From NCBI RefSeq assembly GCF_037042905.1, contig NC_087250.1:19098001-19162000 (forward strand): a stretch of DNA of 64,000 nucleotides, read 5' to 3'. The notes below the pieces were generated by a model. That model was not told where the DNA came from. It did no database searches and was given only the letters and a program-made list of their open reading frames with translations. The translations under genes and the position numbers were made by a program. Of the stretch, positions 25,401 to 37,475 are shown piece by piece. Positions within the stretch are counted from its first letter, which is position 1; every line of letters starts with the position of its first letter. The stretch is from Lytechinus pictus (Eukaryota).

Positions 25401-28400
25401 ACAATGTGGGTATAACTAAATTTCTTGCAGAAGGAAAACACGCCATGGCTGGGATTCGAACCCACGTCTCTCTGATTGAAAGACGAGAGTCGTAACCACT
25501 CGAACACGACGCCCTCACATTTTTTTTTAATGCAAGCTTAAATAAATGTCACGCGTACTAGTATTTGAAATTAGGGTGATATGATATCATCATAACCGTT
25601 AAACGTGTATTGTAGCCGGGTTTTTTTTTCTTCATTTCAACCGACAACAACTACAACAACAACTACAACAACTAAAGCACCCGCCACCACTAAAAAAATT
25701 ACTTCGATCAATGTCGTTTCGTTTTTCTTTTAGGATTCAGTTCGTTGGCATTCATTGGTTTATCGGGAGTTCCTCTACTTCTTCTGCCAGTGATTTTCGC
25801 TATATACAAATTAGTTTACAGACACCGCAGGAAAAAGGTAACCGTACAATACATTTTGAATAATTTTCCTTTAAAATAACTATATCCCCCCCTTCTCGCT
25901 CGAAACTGATATTTTTGGTCTAACGCATTAAATTACAGTAATAACGAATGCATGCGTTGTATATGATCAGGTCCACTTATTCCAATATGTATATGTTTGA
26001 TGAAAGTATCATACTAAATAATTAGGGCTTTGATTACTGTGCAAAGAATACATGAACTGTGCTCTCAAACTTATTTTTGGGATGTGGCAATTGTAGCATT
26101 TTGGTTTTGAACATAAATGATGAAGATTATAGTATTATCAGTAATGTATTTGCCGAAAGTAATGAACTTTTTCGTCCCTTCCTCTTATTTTTTTCTTCCA
26201 GATATACACATTCCCAAACCCCAACCCTAAAACAGAACACGAAACATTGGATATCCTCCTAGTTTTGAGTAAATGGTTTCTTTTTTTTTTCTTACGATAA
26301 TTACAGAACACGATAATGAAACCGATTACTGTTAATAATGTTAATGCTTAGTACAATTTCCACCTTTATTTGCAGTATTTGATACTTGATGAAACTTCGG
26401 GGGAAGATGATTTAGATGGTGAGTACATCGATGTAAAAAAAAAATGGATATAGCAACAACGCACTCCTTGAGGCCACCGGAAACGCTAAAAAAGTATGAT
26501 GGTGGTCCCAAAGTCTGCGCACCTAACGATTTTAGTTAAGATTTAAATTAATTTCTTTTTATTTCACAAAATCTATCAGTTGATAATGTTTCTTGTATTA
26601 TTATGAGTGTGCCAAATATAAAAAAATTGAAAGAAAAATATGATTTTCTTGGAAAAAAAAACCTCGGGCAGTCATTTTCAGACTGAACAAAAAAAATGGT
26701 GCCCTATGACTACACACCCATTCACTTTGTACGCCCCTCGGGGATTTTGATTAGAAAGGCTGCATTTTGAGACTGTCAAATGTACATGAAATGCCCCCGG
26801 TTCATTATTTTCCACCATTTTGAGTCGGAGTTTTTTAAAATTAATATCTGTACTGCATGTGTATAGTGTTCGTTGCGTATCTTCTTTTATTAGAATTACG
26901 CATATGCACAAAACAAGGGGGACTGCGCAGACTTGGGGGAACTCGCCAGAATAAAAAAAAAGGTGAAGCGCGCACAAAGTTCCACACTTTTCGCTTCCAT
27001 GTGCATGTTTTTTTTTTCATTATTAGCGTTGGCATGGTCCTATATACTGTTGATCGTTCAAGATTGTGTGTGCACAACGAGCTCTATCCATTTTTTTTTA
27101 AATCAATGGGTAACATTATCTTCTCGCTCTCACATACCACGAAGGTACGAAGGCTAATGGTTCATTTATTTCACTGCTCACTTACGACGGACTTGAATTG
27201 AGTTTAATTGAACTGGTTTATTAAAACCAACACAAAGAGGCAGCTCTCAGGCTGAATAACAAAATCAGGAGAAATTCTATAATTATGAAAAGGTAAGACA
27301 CAAATCATGAAGCAGGTTACTTAAAAATTATATCTAAAAATTGATAAAATGCAAAATGGTAATGAAATAAGATAATAAATGAATAATTAGTCGGGGTTTT
27401 TTTTATAAGAGTTTGATATCAAAATACAGAAACAAAAAAATGGAGCGAATCCAACAATAATATATAGATATACAATCCAAAAAGTGTATGATCAGTTAAT
27501 ACCTAAATCAGTGTAATTGATTTAGATAAATAATAAAGAAACCGTTGAAAAGATTAAATTGGATCCCAATTGGAGCTCAATTTTAAAAAAATGCGGTTCT
27601 ACTTAATACTCCAATACTTCATTTTTTAAAAGAAAATAGTCCTGTAATCCTTCCATTATCACCATACTGTAGGACCCATATAACAGAGCATAAAATCCAG
27701 TATGTCGTAATTTGAGTAATATTTTTAGTACATGTAGTAATACTAGGACATACAGAGTATTAGGCCATGTGTGTCTTTCCCTCTCTCCCTTCCTCTCTCT
27801 GTCTATCTCTCTCTCTCACACACACACTTACATTTTCTCGACCTTGCTCTTTCTCACACACACACACACACATACATTTAATTCTATTTTTTTGTCGTGT
27901 CTTGTTCACACAGACGTTCCATTTGATTGCGATGGATCCTATACCGCCCAAGAAATCAAGCAAGCCATCCTGACAGATATGTCTATAGAACTGAACCGGA
28001 AAATGGTAATTGCTTTTATTTTGTATCAGATGTTTCTATCCTGTTCTCTTATTATTATTATTATTATTGTACTTCTTCTGCTAGTTCTTCTCCTTCTCCT
28101 TATTCTATTATTTTTTTTCATTATTATCATCTTTACGATCATCATTACTATTCTTCTTCTCTTCATCCTTCTTCTTCTCCTTCTTCTCCTTCCCCTTCTT
28201 CTTCTTCTTCATCTTCCCGGGGGGGGGGGGAATACTTGTCTTGTTTCCAATACTTGTTAAGGGTGCATTTTCAGAATATGGAAAATATGTGTTTAGTGTG
28301 CTTTTCGAGACCCCGTGGTCGCGCATGGTATCCACTCGTCAATGGAAGTGGCCCCCCGGGCTTCTTCCCCTTCTTCTTCCCCATCCTCCACCACTGAGGT

Positions 28401-31400
28401 CGGAGATCAGTAGCAGGGTGATGATGCATGAAGGGGTGCCCATCAGCAATCAATATATGGCATTTCATGGCATTAATCTATGAAATTGTGGTTTTATTAA
28501 TGACAACCTGTATGACTGTATGGCATTTTGGATACAATGATTGGACCTGAAGTGACATTATAGTCCTTATTCTGAAGTCGGGTTTAACTTAAACTCGGGT
28601 TTAAAAATGTGGTTTAAGTATGGATAGACAACTGTTACATAAATTACTAACAGTAGAGATATCATATTTCAGCTCACTTGGCTCTCAACTCTCAAGTTAT
28701 TCATAATTGTCCAGGAAGTATACATAGATGATTATCTTCACCATTGAAGAATCAGGAAAGAGCACAGTAAATGTAAGAAATATACAACTTAATAAAATTT
28801 TTGAGATATTGGCTTCCCATTATTTTATCATAGAGTTAGACCATGGTTTAAGTTCACCCTGTCTTCAGGATACGGGCCATTGCGCCCATTTAGAGAAAGA
28901 GCGGATATTATTGATGCAATGTTAAGAAAAATAAATGAAGGGCTGGGTCTCAAATGTGTGTTTGAAATTGGTTGCACGTAGAGTTGTGTATGGAGTTTCG
29001 GTTTAATTATTTCTGAAGTGGGGCCCTGACTGACAAAGCTAGATACTAATTGTAAAGATGAAATTAAAGGGATGGTCCAGGCTGGAGATATTTATATATC
29101 AATAAATAGAGTAAAATTCACAGAAAAATTGATCAAAATCGATAACAAATAACGAAGTTATTGAATTTTAAAGATATGCATTATTCAGGTGAAACAGTTC
29201 TAGGCAGGTCTTCATGCATGTTCATTAGGTGGGCTGATGATGTCATATCCCCACTTGTTCTTTTGCATTTTATTATATGAAATTTTTCTACCAAGAACTA
29301 AAACAATTGGATTGACAACTGATTAAATGCATTAGTTATTTATTTCCGCGACTAATTTCATCATAATGGAGACATATCATTTACACATGTATGAAAAAAT
29401 GAAACAATTATGATTTCATGTAATAACATAATAAAAAAGAAAGTGATGTGACATCATTAGCACACCTAATGAAAATTTATGACGATGTGCATATAATTGT
29501 TTTCACAAAATATTGATAAACTTAAAATTCAATAACTTTGCTAGTTGTTATCTGATTTTGATTAAATTTTCAGCATTTTGCTTTGTGAATTCTATTCTAT
29601 TTATTTAGATATAATTATTTTCAGCCCGGACCATCCCTCTAAAATGTCGAAAACGCATTGCACACGGTAATAGAAAATAGGTGTCAAAATATAACAGATT
29701 ATGTTAGGTGATTGTTTGTAATTTCTGTGGTTTATTTGATGATTTTTTTCAACTTCTGGTACCTTCTGGTCTCTTATTACATCATACTATCTTTTAGTGC
29801 TACGCCATGGACAAACCAGACAAGGGAGTTGCTTTCATCTTGAACAACTACATATTTGATACCTACAGAGCGAATGAAAGGAAGGGATCTGATATTGATT
29901 TGATCAACGTGAGGCATGTCTTTAAGGAGATTGGATATGCCCCTGAAGAAGCTCAAAATCTAACTGCTGAGGTAATACTTTTTGCCTATGAACTATGTGA
30001 ATATTGAAGTACCCTCCCCCCCTCCCCCATTAAGTTATAATTGCTGATCCTATAGACACACTTTCTTACATCTTACGTACAACACGCTCCTGCGACCTCA
30101 GTGACCCACACACGTTACTTTGTGAATTCATCCAAATTAGCAAAATCCACACCCACACGAACACACTAACCATTAGACACATAGCTTATCCCTTCCAGTA
30201 TGTGTACCCCACGCCCTCACTCAACACACTCACATCCACGCTGACCCTAGAAAACACAGATTTGTATCTATTCAGCATGCGCACTTCACACCCACACACA
30301 CCCACTAACCCTACAAGAAACACAGATGTTGTATTTATAACAGCATGTATACGCGTACCCCACACCCTCACCCACACACAACCAATTACCCTTAGAAACA
30401 CAGAATTGTATCTATTTCAGAATGTGCACCCATATTGTCACACTCACGCTGACCCTAGGAAACACAGACATATGTATCTATTCTAGCATGTGCACCCCAC
30501 GCCCTCACCCACACACACCCACTCACCCTAAGAAACGCAGACCTGTGTCCATTCCAGCATGCACATCTAACACCCTGACCACAAGACACACTGGATTGCA
30601 TATACTAGTATCCATTCCCATACAGCATGCACATCCCACACAAACACACACACCCTCCCTCTTTCAACACACCCCGCTGACCCTTCTCTGTGTTTTACTC
30701 ACCCACCCTAATCAGGTTAAGAACAAAGAGAGAGAGAGGGGGAGGGGAAAAGTGGTTGGGAGGGGAGGCAACAACATATGTACATGCATATTTATATATC
30801 TTTTCATTTCTCGTTTACCGTGTATCCTTATCCCGATCTAGAGAAGAGGTGTTATGTAGAAAATTTGGATATTATCTAAATAAACCATGGAGGTAAAAAA
30901 TTTAGGTAAATGAGTATTAACCTTGTCAATATGCATTTTTGTCTCCCCTGTATCAAACACGCCGAAGTTCTTAATCGTCTTAAATAAGATATATAAGAGT
31001 GCGTCCCACAATAATGATAGATTTAACAATTATTAAATATATTGTTTACTATAAATTTGATACTCATGGCAAAATTGGAATCTCATCCCGAATTTGAAAC
31101 CAACAGCCAAGCACATCGTTCACGCATGTCAGATTACAAACAATAAAAAAATATTGACGCTTATTAGAAACGATCTGCGCAGAAACTTACGTGTATATCT
31201 TAATCCACTCTCATTTCAGGGATCGTCGAACAAGCACGGTCGTCGTATCTTGAAGAAAGATAATTGAATTATATGATTATGTAAATAAAATATCATGATT
31301 TATTTGCCTTCGAAGAAAAAAAGACATGGGTAATCCCGGTTTTCTTTTTTTCTGAGACGCACTGTATACATACATACCCACACCAACACATGTATATATA

Positions 31401-34400
31401 TGTATATATATATATATATATACATATATGTGTGTGAGGGTGTGTGTGTGTGTGTGTGAGTGTGCGTGGGTGTGTGTGTATATAAAATTTGAAATACAAA
31501 ATATACTGAATGTTTGATGTGAATGTCTTAAGGGTCTGTGGCTGATTCGCCAAAGGAGAATTTGATATTAACCTCTATATCTTCTTGTCATTTTTTTCAA
31601 AGGAAATAAGAATGGAGCTAAATAGCTTAAAACAGAAAATCCTGCCCTCCCACACCTCAGTCGTCTTGGTCTTCATGAGCCATGGGGTTCCAGAGGGCAT
31701 TCTTGGTACTGACCAGAAGGTCGTAACCGTCGAGGAAATCAAGAACATGTTCTCGGGGAACAACTGTCAAGCCTTGATCGGAAAACCAAAGATCATGTTC
31801 TTTCAGGCCTGCAGAGGAGGTAATTATGCAAGAAAGGGCCCATGCCCACCCCCTTCCCCCTATAAAAAAAAAATGTTGTATTTCCCCCTGCAATAATGCA
31901 AACATTTCATATACTTCATAGGATGTGAATTCATCGTATCAATTTATTTCGATTCAGTGGAGCCTTATCATAAAAAATTATATCTTTATATTTCATATTA
32001 TAAAATACAAAGAGTCTGTATGTGATATCGGCTCCCTTGTTCATGTCATTTGCATACTGACCTAGATGTGTACATATAACTGCTTTGTAAAATTAAGTGA
32101 AACTACAAAAATGGCTCACCTTTCTGACCTTAACATCAGCTTTTGGGGGGTTTTCAGTTACATGCTTACCTCTCGTTTTCCCCTATTTGTTCAAATCATC
32201 TTATTGTTTATGGACTTATAGCTTTTATAAGAGTTTGGAGACAGGGAACAAATTTGATGGGTAAATCGATAATATTGAACCTATTATTCAATTTTAACCA
32301 ATCATATATCTTATATGTGCATGTGAAAGCAATTGCCACCAACCATGGACCTGTACGACCACACACCATCAAACCGAGGACGTTAATTTCGTAATACGTG
32401 GACAGTACTCAATTCTGTAGACACTCTAAATGCTTCAAATCCAATTCAGAGGGCGCTACAGCACTGTAAAATAGTAAATTGTATTCTCCCCTATCATACC
32501 CGGATGCAACTCACAAGTGTCCACTCTTGTAAGAGTGTGTGTCCCCGCTTTCCTACGTTATGGCAGGGAGCCTGTTGTACCTTTTCGTCTTTCTTTACAG
32601 ATAAAGTTACTCCATGTGCTTCCTCGAATAACACACCCCCTGAAGCAGGGACCGAGAAGTGCGATGGCATCGTGAGCACTGATGGGTTAACACGTGGTGG
32701 AAGAGTTGCACTGGCCACAGACGATGTGGAAAGTTTGAAACCAGATGGGTCCATGGACAAACCATCACCTGGTAACATCAAAAGAAGTGAGGTGGATACG
32801 GACGGTGGGGTACCAGATAATGCCGATGTCTACATTGCTCATGCTACTTCAGAAGGTAAGCGCAGTGGTTTATTCTCATTTGGTCCAATGTCAATTCGTC
32901 GAATATCCACATGGTCTAATTGCCATTTCGTCTAATAGCCAGTTGGTCCAATATCCATTCAATCTGTACACCATTTGGTCTAATTAGACTTAATGTTAAT
33001 TGTGCAAAATGAATGAAAATAAAATGGATATTAGACTAACTGGTTACGAGACGAAATGGTCATAGACGAACTGGTGACTCGACGAAGTGATGATTTGACA
33101 GTGGACGAATTGGCAATTTACCAGCGTGGTAAGGGAGAATAGAAAGAGAGGAAGAGAGTGGAGTTTCTATATAGTTTGGCTCTTACCAAGCTTACGAAAG
33201 AGTGGACCTCCCAAGGCTTGTGTGGGATTGTAAAGATATGTGTGAGAGATAGAGGGAGGGGGTAGAGAAATATGGTGTATCAGTTAGGGGCGGCGGCCAG
33301 GGGGCACTAGGATTTGGATGGGTAAGCGTGTACGTGTTGCCCCAAAAATATGAAACCACACCCTTGACAACGGACGTTGGGGGCTCTTTGGCCCACTGCA
33401 AATGGGGCGTTTGAGAACTGGAATTTAACATGAAATGAGGGTCTTTAGAACTGACGACTGAAATGAGCGGCTAAAGAACGGGATGGTCAATGAAAAGTGA
33501 TGAAAAATTATATGCTTGGGAACTTCTAGCTAGCAAGGCGTTAAAAGGGGGTCTTAATTGTAAAAAAATACTGTCGCTATACGTCAGTGCCGCCCCCTCC
33601 CCCCCCCCCCGAGGCCCACGGGTGAGATGAGTGATAGGTCTTGTGTGGGGGTCGTAAAGATATGTGGGAGAGGAGGAGGTAGAGAAAGATGGTTTGTATG
33701 TTAGGGGGAAGGACGTGAGTAGACATGTGTGTTACGGTGGGCATGATCGGTGTGCCATACTGATTTTTCTATATATTTATAGTTAACAAAATTATATTGC
33801 AAAGTGAGGCCCAGAGAGTATTAATTTGAGAGGTGCAGCCAGGAAATAATTACACACAGGAACACATTCATGATGATATGACGTAGAAGATGAGCTCACT
33901 AGGTGAAAGGAGAGGGGGAGGGGGCTAATGGAGCATTCCAAGCAGTGGCGGATAAAAGTAGAGGCACATTCCCGGACCGTGCCCCTACCCATTTTGTGAG
34001 GCATACATAATATTTCTTTTTGTCGAATATGTCGTGTCTACGCAAGTGGGGACATTCCTTCTTTTCTTTTTTTTTTGCTTGTCAAACTTTTCCTGAAACA
34101 AAATGACCTGCATTTTGGAGTGAAAACATTCTATTATTTTTTTGTTTGTAAAAAAAAAATCCCTTCCATAAATCACCATTAATTGGCGGTGAAGACCTTT
34201 TTGAGGGGACTTATTATATTTCGTAAAAAATCCCCCAACTTTTTAAAACCTTTGGTCCCCCCCCCTCATTATTTTAAACTTAATCACAATCTTTGAATTA
34301 ATTGCTAAATTTACAATTGATTGCTCGTCTACTACTTGCGACAAGTATAAATTGATTTGTTTTCGTTACGATTTACGTATAACTTTTATATTTTCAATTG

Positions 34401-35546
34401 ACGGTGTGAGAGGAGGCAGACAGAGAGGGTTGGTAAAAAGAAACACTACAAAAAGGGAAGGACAAAAGAACGTTTAAGTTAATGAATGCCATCGTATCTC
34501 TTATGTAATGACATAAGCTCAGAACCCCGTCTTACGAAGAGTTGCGATTGATCTGATCAATCTTACCTCAATAGAAATCCATCAATGTCATAATTTTTTT
34601 TATACAGAAAATATGCACAATGTATTTTTGGAAACAAAGGCCACGCTTAACGATTAAGAAAACAATAAAAGTATGAAATATACATCATATCTAAATATAC
34701 ATATATTTTGAACAAACATGAATTTTAGTTGTTGACGTTACTGGCTTTCCATAGTTGTGGCTGATCGGATCAATCGTAAGTCTTTGTAAGACATGGTCCT
34801 GGTTAACTTTGCAAAATGTTCTTCGATTGGCAGGCTATTTCTCGCTACGTGACAAGCAAAACGGATCGTGGTTCATCCAAGCCCTTTGTGAGGAGTTAAT
34901 CGCTAGTGCGCATGCCCATCATCTTGATGACATCATGATGAATGTGAGATGTCTGTCAATATTTTGTCTCCTTTTATTAAACCTATATTTTGGGTCTATT
35001 TCTATAATAATCATAATTGATAATAAATATATCTGCTTTTTACTTTATCAGAAGTCTCTAAGTGCTCTCAAGTAATGCAGCAGAACAATGATCACGTATG
35101 GCGTTATATTTTATTTTTTAATCAATAAAGAGCGGTTCTTTTGTGGAAAAATATATGAAAATGGGTAGTTTGAAATTTCGAAACCCGTTTGCACTGTATA
35201 TTATTTGTCGTAGAGACTATCACATTATTTGTAAGGTTTGCATTAAAACAGATCTTTATTTTTAAGATGCTGAATAAACGTAATAAAATAAACTCATTCT
35301 GGATGAAAGGTGAAAAAGAGATACTTAAATGAATAATACAAATATCTTTATAAAATATGATGCATGCAGGTAACAGATAGAGTAAAGCAACACGAAGCTA
35401 ATATTGTGGTAAGAGGAAAACGAAGACTCACTCTACAGACCCCGCAGATTGTCAAACAAGGAATAGGAAAGAAGATCTACTTCTTACCAAAATATCAACC
35501 GGTGCACCGACGATCCAAGGCCACTGAACTTAAGTCTCATTTGTGA
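16490..35546 (+). CDS. Predicted single-pass membrane caspase (N-terminal domain - sushi/CCP - mucin stalk - TM - caspase p20/p10), 5'-partial, ~674 aa
   Basis: Exons with start-end phases: 16490-16557 (1-0), 21761-21968 (0-1), 22464-22661 (1-1), 23322-23699 (1-1), 25734-25837 (1-0), 26376-26418 (0-1), 27914-28005 (1-0), 29798-29971 (0-0), 31603-31819 (0-1), 32601-32855 (1-1), 34834-34943 (1-0), 35370-35546 (0-stop). All junctions are AG/GT, all phases are compatible, and there are no internal stops. The start/signal-peptide exon was not found. Confidence 0.72.
17670..19815 (+). pseudogene. Decayed RTE-clade non-LTR retrotransposon RT fragment, split by a MITE
   Basis: Frameshifted remnants VSSGVKQ.RVRLALTLFGI and a C-terminal C..C.RDCHSKAELYSHSRKC, typical of RTE/BovB-like ORFs; many stops. 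Confidence 0.65.
18428..19477. mobile_element. hAT-like non-autonomous element
   Basis: TIRs CAGTGGCGTA.C / GTTACGCCACTG; 8 bp flanks CTTCGGTT / CCTCTGTT (6/8 match, degenerate TSD); internal GCGAGCGCGAAGCGCGAGCT repeats. Confidence 0.75.
20846..21151. mobile_element. Small MITE
   Basis: GGGGTAAGTTGAGCCA ... TGGCTCAACCTACCCC, with internal AAGTTGAGCCA copies. Confidence 0.55.
22464..22661 (+). CDS. Sushi/CCP (complement control protein) domain exon
   Basis: Encodes C...CDTVCEFACSDSSYTLVGSSTIRCQPNGTLSDKFPHCK, the CCP pattern with Leu in place of the usual Trp; symmetric phase 1-1 exon. Confidence 0.85.
23322..23699 (+). CDS. Thr/Ser/Pro-rich mucin-like stalk exon
   Basis: 126 open codons (NEEHTTQVTTTKTTSTP...STVSSTSSVPGLPH), bounded by ACAG| and |GTAAGT, phase 1-1. 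Confidence 0.8.
23912..25190 (-). mobile_element. Partial PIF/Harbinger-like MITE related to 48007-48816, interrupted by a foldback MITE; right boundary approximate
   Basis: 23912-24090 and 24913-24955 match the reverse complement of ~48595-48816. Confidence 0.65.
24092..24912. mobile_element. Foldback MITE with CAGTG termini (Tc1/mariner-like)
   Basis: TA|CAGTGCGTCCCACAAAAAACGAAACCGAG ... CTCGGTTTCGTTTTTTCTGGGACGCACTG|TA, with long inverted arms. Confidence 0.9.
25240..25514 (-). mobile_element. tRNA-derived SINE
   Basis: The - strand head GGGCGTCGTGTTCGAGTGGTTACGACTCTCGTCTTTCAATCAGAGAGACGTGGGTTCGAATCCCAGCCATGGCG has Pol III A and B boxes and is followed by a non-tRNA body. Confidence 0.7.
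25734..25837 (+). CDS. Transmembrane exon with basic stop-transfer sequence
   Basis: Encodes FSSLAFIGLSGVPLLLLPVIFAIYKLVYRHRRKK; strong acceptor TTTTTCTTTTAG| and donor AAG|GTAACC. Too short to appear in the ORF track. Confidence 0.8.
28040..28215. repeat. (ATT)n/(CTT)n low-complexity microsatellite
   Basis: Direct reading of the sequence. Confidence 0.9.
28562..28878. mobile_element. MITE (Harbinger-like ends)
   Basis: GTCCTTATTCTGAAGTCGGGTTTAACTTAAAC ... GTTTAAGTTCACCCTGTCTTCAGGATACGGGCC inverted ends. Confidence 0.6.
29068..29638. mobile_element. Kolobok/T2-type MITE
   Basis: TTAA|AGGGATGGTCCAGGCTG ... CAGCCCGGACCATCCCT|CTAA (TTAA TSD with one mismatch). Confidence 0.8.
29798..35546 (+). 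CDS. Caspase (peptidase C14A) catalytic domain, five exons
   Basis: Motifs YAMDKPDKGVAFILNN, RKGSDID, FMSHG (catalytic His), GKPKIMFFQACRG (catalytic Cys), ADVYIAHATSEGYFSLRDKQNGSWFIQALC, QTPQ and KKIYF. Confidence 0.95.
30998..31364. mobile_element. Degenerate short relative of the CAGTGCGTCCCA MITE family
   Basis: GAGTGCGTCCCACAA at ~30998 and TGAGACGCACTGTA at ~31352-31365. Confidence 0.5.
34522..34799. mobile_element. MITE
   Basis: CCCCGTCTTACGAAGAGTTGCGATTGATC ... GATCAATCGTAAGTCTTTGTAAGACATGG inverted ends. Confidence 0.65.
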
Positions 35547-35849
35547 GCTTGCAATTTAAGACGGGGTTTCAGGAATGCCCGGCATCTGTCAGGAACGGTC
35601 AAGGGTCAAATCAAATGTTGAAGGAATCGATCTTGTCAATACTACCCAGTACATAATCAAGCTATCTTTTTTTTCCACTGTTACTTTTTGTGTAATACGC
35701 TGTAAAACTCTGATTACTATATGAACTATAGCTGTTAAATAGTTCAAACAACTCGAGGTTAAACAACTAGGGGAATGTAATAGTTTAAGCTATTAAATAA
35801 GTTTAGTTGTACGATAAATGTGTTCATAATTTAGCACATTCTTACCTTC

Positions 35850-37475
35850 AGGTAAACTTAACCAATCCAAATGATGTACATGAACATCATACCAGACAGA
35901 GAGACAGTGGATATTTACGCGTGCCCAAGTTTCGCACTGATTGTTATAAGTATTACAAGTATTCTGAATAAAAGGTTAACAACTTATCTTGAAGGCAATG
36001 ATATACTTGGTGAAGAACAAGCTGGTTTCAGAAATGGTCATTCGACTCTTGATCATATTTTTGTACTGCATTCAATAATTGATTTGTACTTATCTGAGAG
36101 CGAAAGGGTATATTGTGCATTCATCGATTACAAAAAAAGCATTTAATCTAGTAGATAGATCGGCTCTTTGGTTGAAATTAATGAATAGCAATGTAAATGG
36201 AAGTTTTTCAAAATAATAGATAATATGTATGGCCAGGCAAAATCGTGTGTAATAAAAGATAACGAAATATCTTCCCTATTTGAATGTAATATTGGAGAAA
36301 ACCTAACACCTATGCTCTTTGCTCTCTTTCTAAATGACTTCAGTTGTTTTCTCCAGGATAAATGTCATGGCTTGAATGTTTTACCAAAAATAATTAATAC
36401 ACATGCTCGACAAAATGAGATACAATTTACATTAAGTTGTTCACATTGCTTTATGCCGATGATACTTTGATTTTAGCTGAATCTTCTGATGATTTACAAA
36501 CTGCCTTAAATGCGTTATATGAATATTGTAATATTTGGTCTTTACATGTCAATTCAGATGAGATAAAGGTTGTTGATTTTTCTGGGGTTAAAGTGCGGAA
36601 ATTACCGTCCTTTCATTTCAACAATCATGAACTATCAGTAGTTGGTGAGTATGTATATTTAGGAATAACCTTCAATTATAATAACAGATTTTAAAAAGCG
36701 CAGACGAAACAATTGAACCAAGCCAGAACAGCTTGTTGACAAAGTCATATTCATTGGACTTGCCTATTGATATAATGTTATAATTATTTGACCAACTTGT
36801 TATTCCAGTTCTTCTGTATGGCAGTGAAATCTGGGGATTCGAAGTTATACGAGATCTTGATATATTTCACATGAAGTTTTGTAAGCAAATTTTAAAGTTG
36901 AAAAAATCAACAGCTAATTGTATGGTGTTAGGCGAACTAGGTAGATATGGTCTTGATAAATATATCTCTAATAGAAAATGATTAATTTCTGGTGTAGTAT
37001 AGAACATGCTGGGGAAAACATTTTTATCGGGAATGATATATAGAATTTTGAAGGTTTTGTATAATGAGAAGGTATATAAAACTTCATGGCTTAAAAAAAA
37101 ATTAAACTACTATCGATATGCTAGGGATGTCTGATTTATGGTATACATGTGAAACCACAAACAGTACTTGGATCAAACGTACAATTGATCAACGTTTAAA
37201 AGATTGCCTATTTCAAAATTGGTACTCGGAAATGTATGATAATCCTCAATGTATAAATTATCGGATCTATAAAAAGTGTCTTGAATTAGAAAAATACATG
37301 ATTGTTTTTTCTAAAAAATATCGTATATGCTTTTCAAAATTCCGCTGTGAAAACCATCGTCTACCAATAGTTACAGGGAGGTATGAAAACGTTGAAAGAA
37401 ATAATAGAATTTGCAATCTGTGTCAATCACAACTTATAGGCGATGGATACAATTATTTGTTTGTCTGTCCGGCTT
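35850..37475 (+). pseudogene. Decayed non-LTR retrotransposon ORF2 (RT plus C-terminal Cys motif; possibly RTEX-like)
   Basis: Consecutive frameshifted ORFs with EEQAGFRNGHSTLDHIF, AFIDYKK, LLYADD, YVYLGI and FRCENHRLPIVTGRY...RICNLC. Confidence 0.85.

Noticed and set aside
25440..25514. tRNA gene (Glu-like, TTC)
   Set aside because: The acceptor stem pairs poorly and the sequence continues into a SINE body.
25641..25730. PTTTTTTTTTTKAPATTKK-like frame just before the TM exon
   Set aside because: No AG acceptor (CAA instead) and the frame ends in TAG; best explained as an (ACA)n microsatellite.
26202..26268. Possible extra exon (IYTFPNPNPKTEHETLDILLVL) after the TM exon, with a strong acceptor
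   Set aside because: Its best donor (GA|GTAAAT) is phase 1, which puts the next exon out of frame. Only a weak GTTTTG donor keeps the frame, so it was left out of the model. It could be an alternative or truncating exon.
27712..28397. Long Leu/Ile-rich and Ser-rich ORFs
   Set aside because: Products of (CT)n, (CA)n, (ATT)n and (CTT)n microsatellites; only 27914-28005 is treated as an exon.
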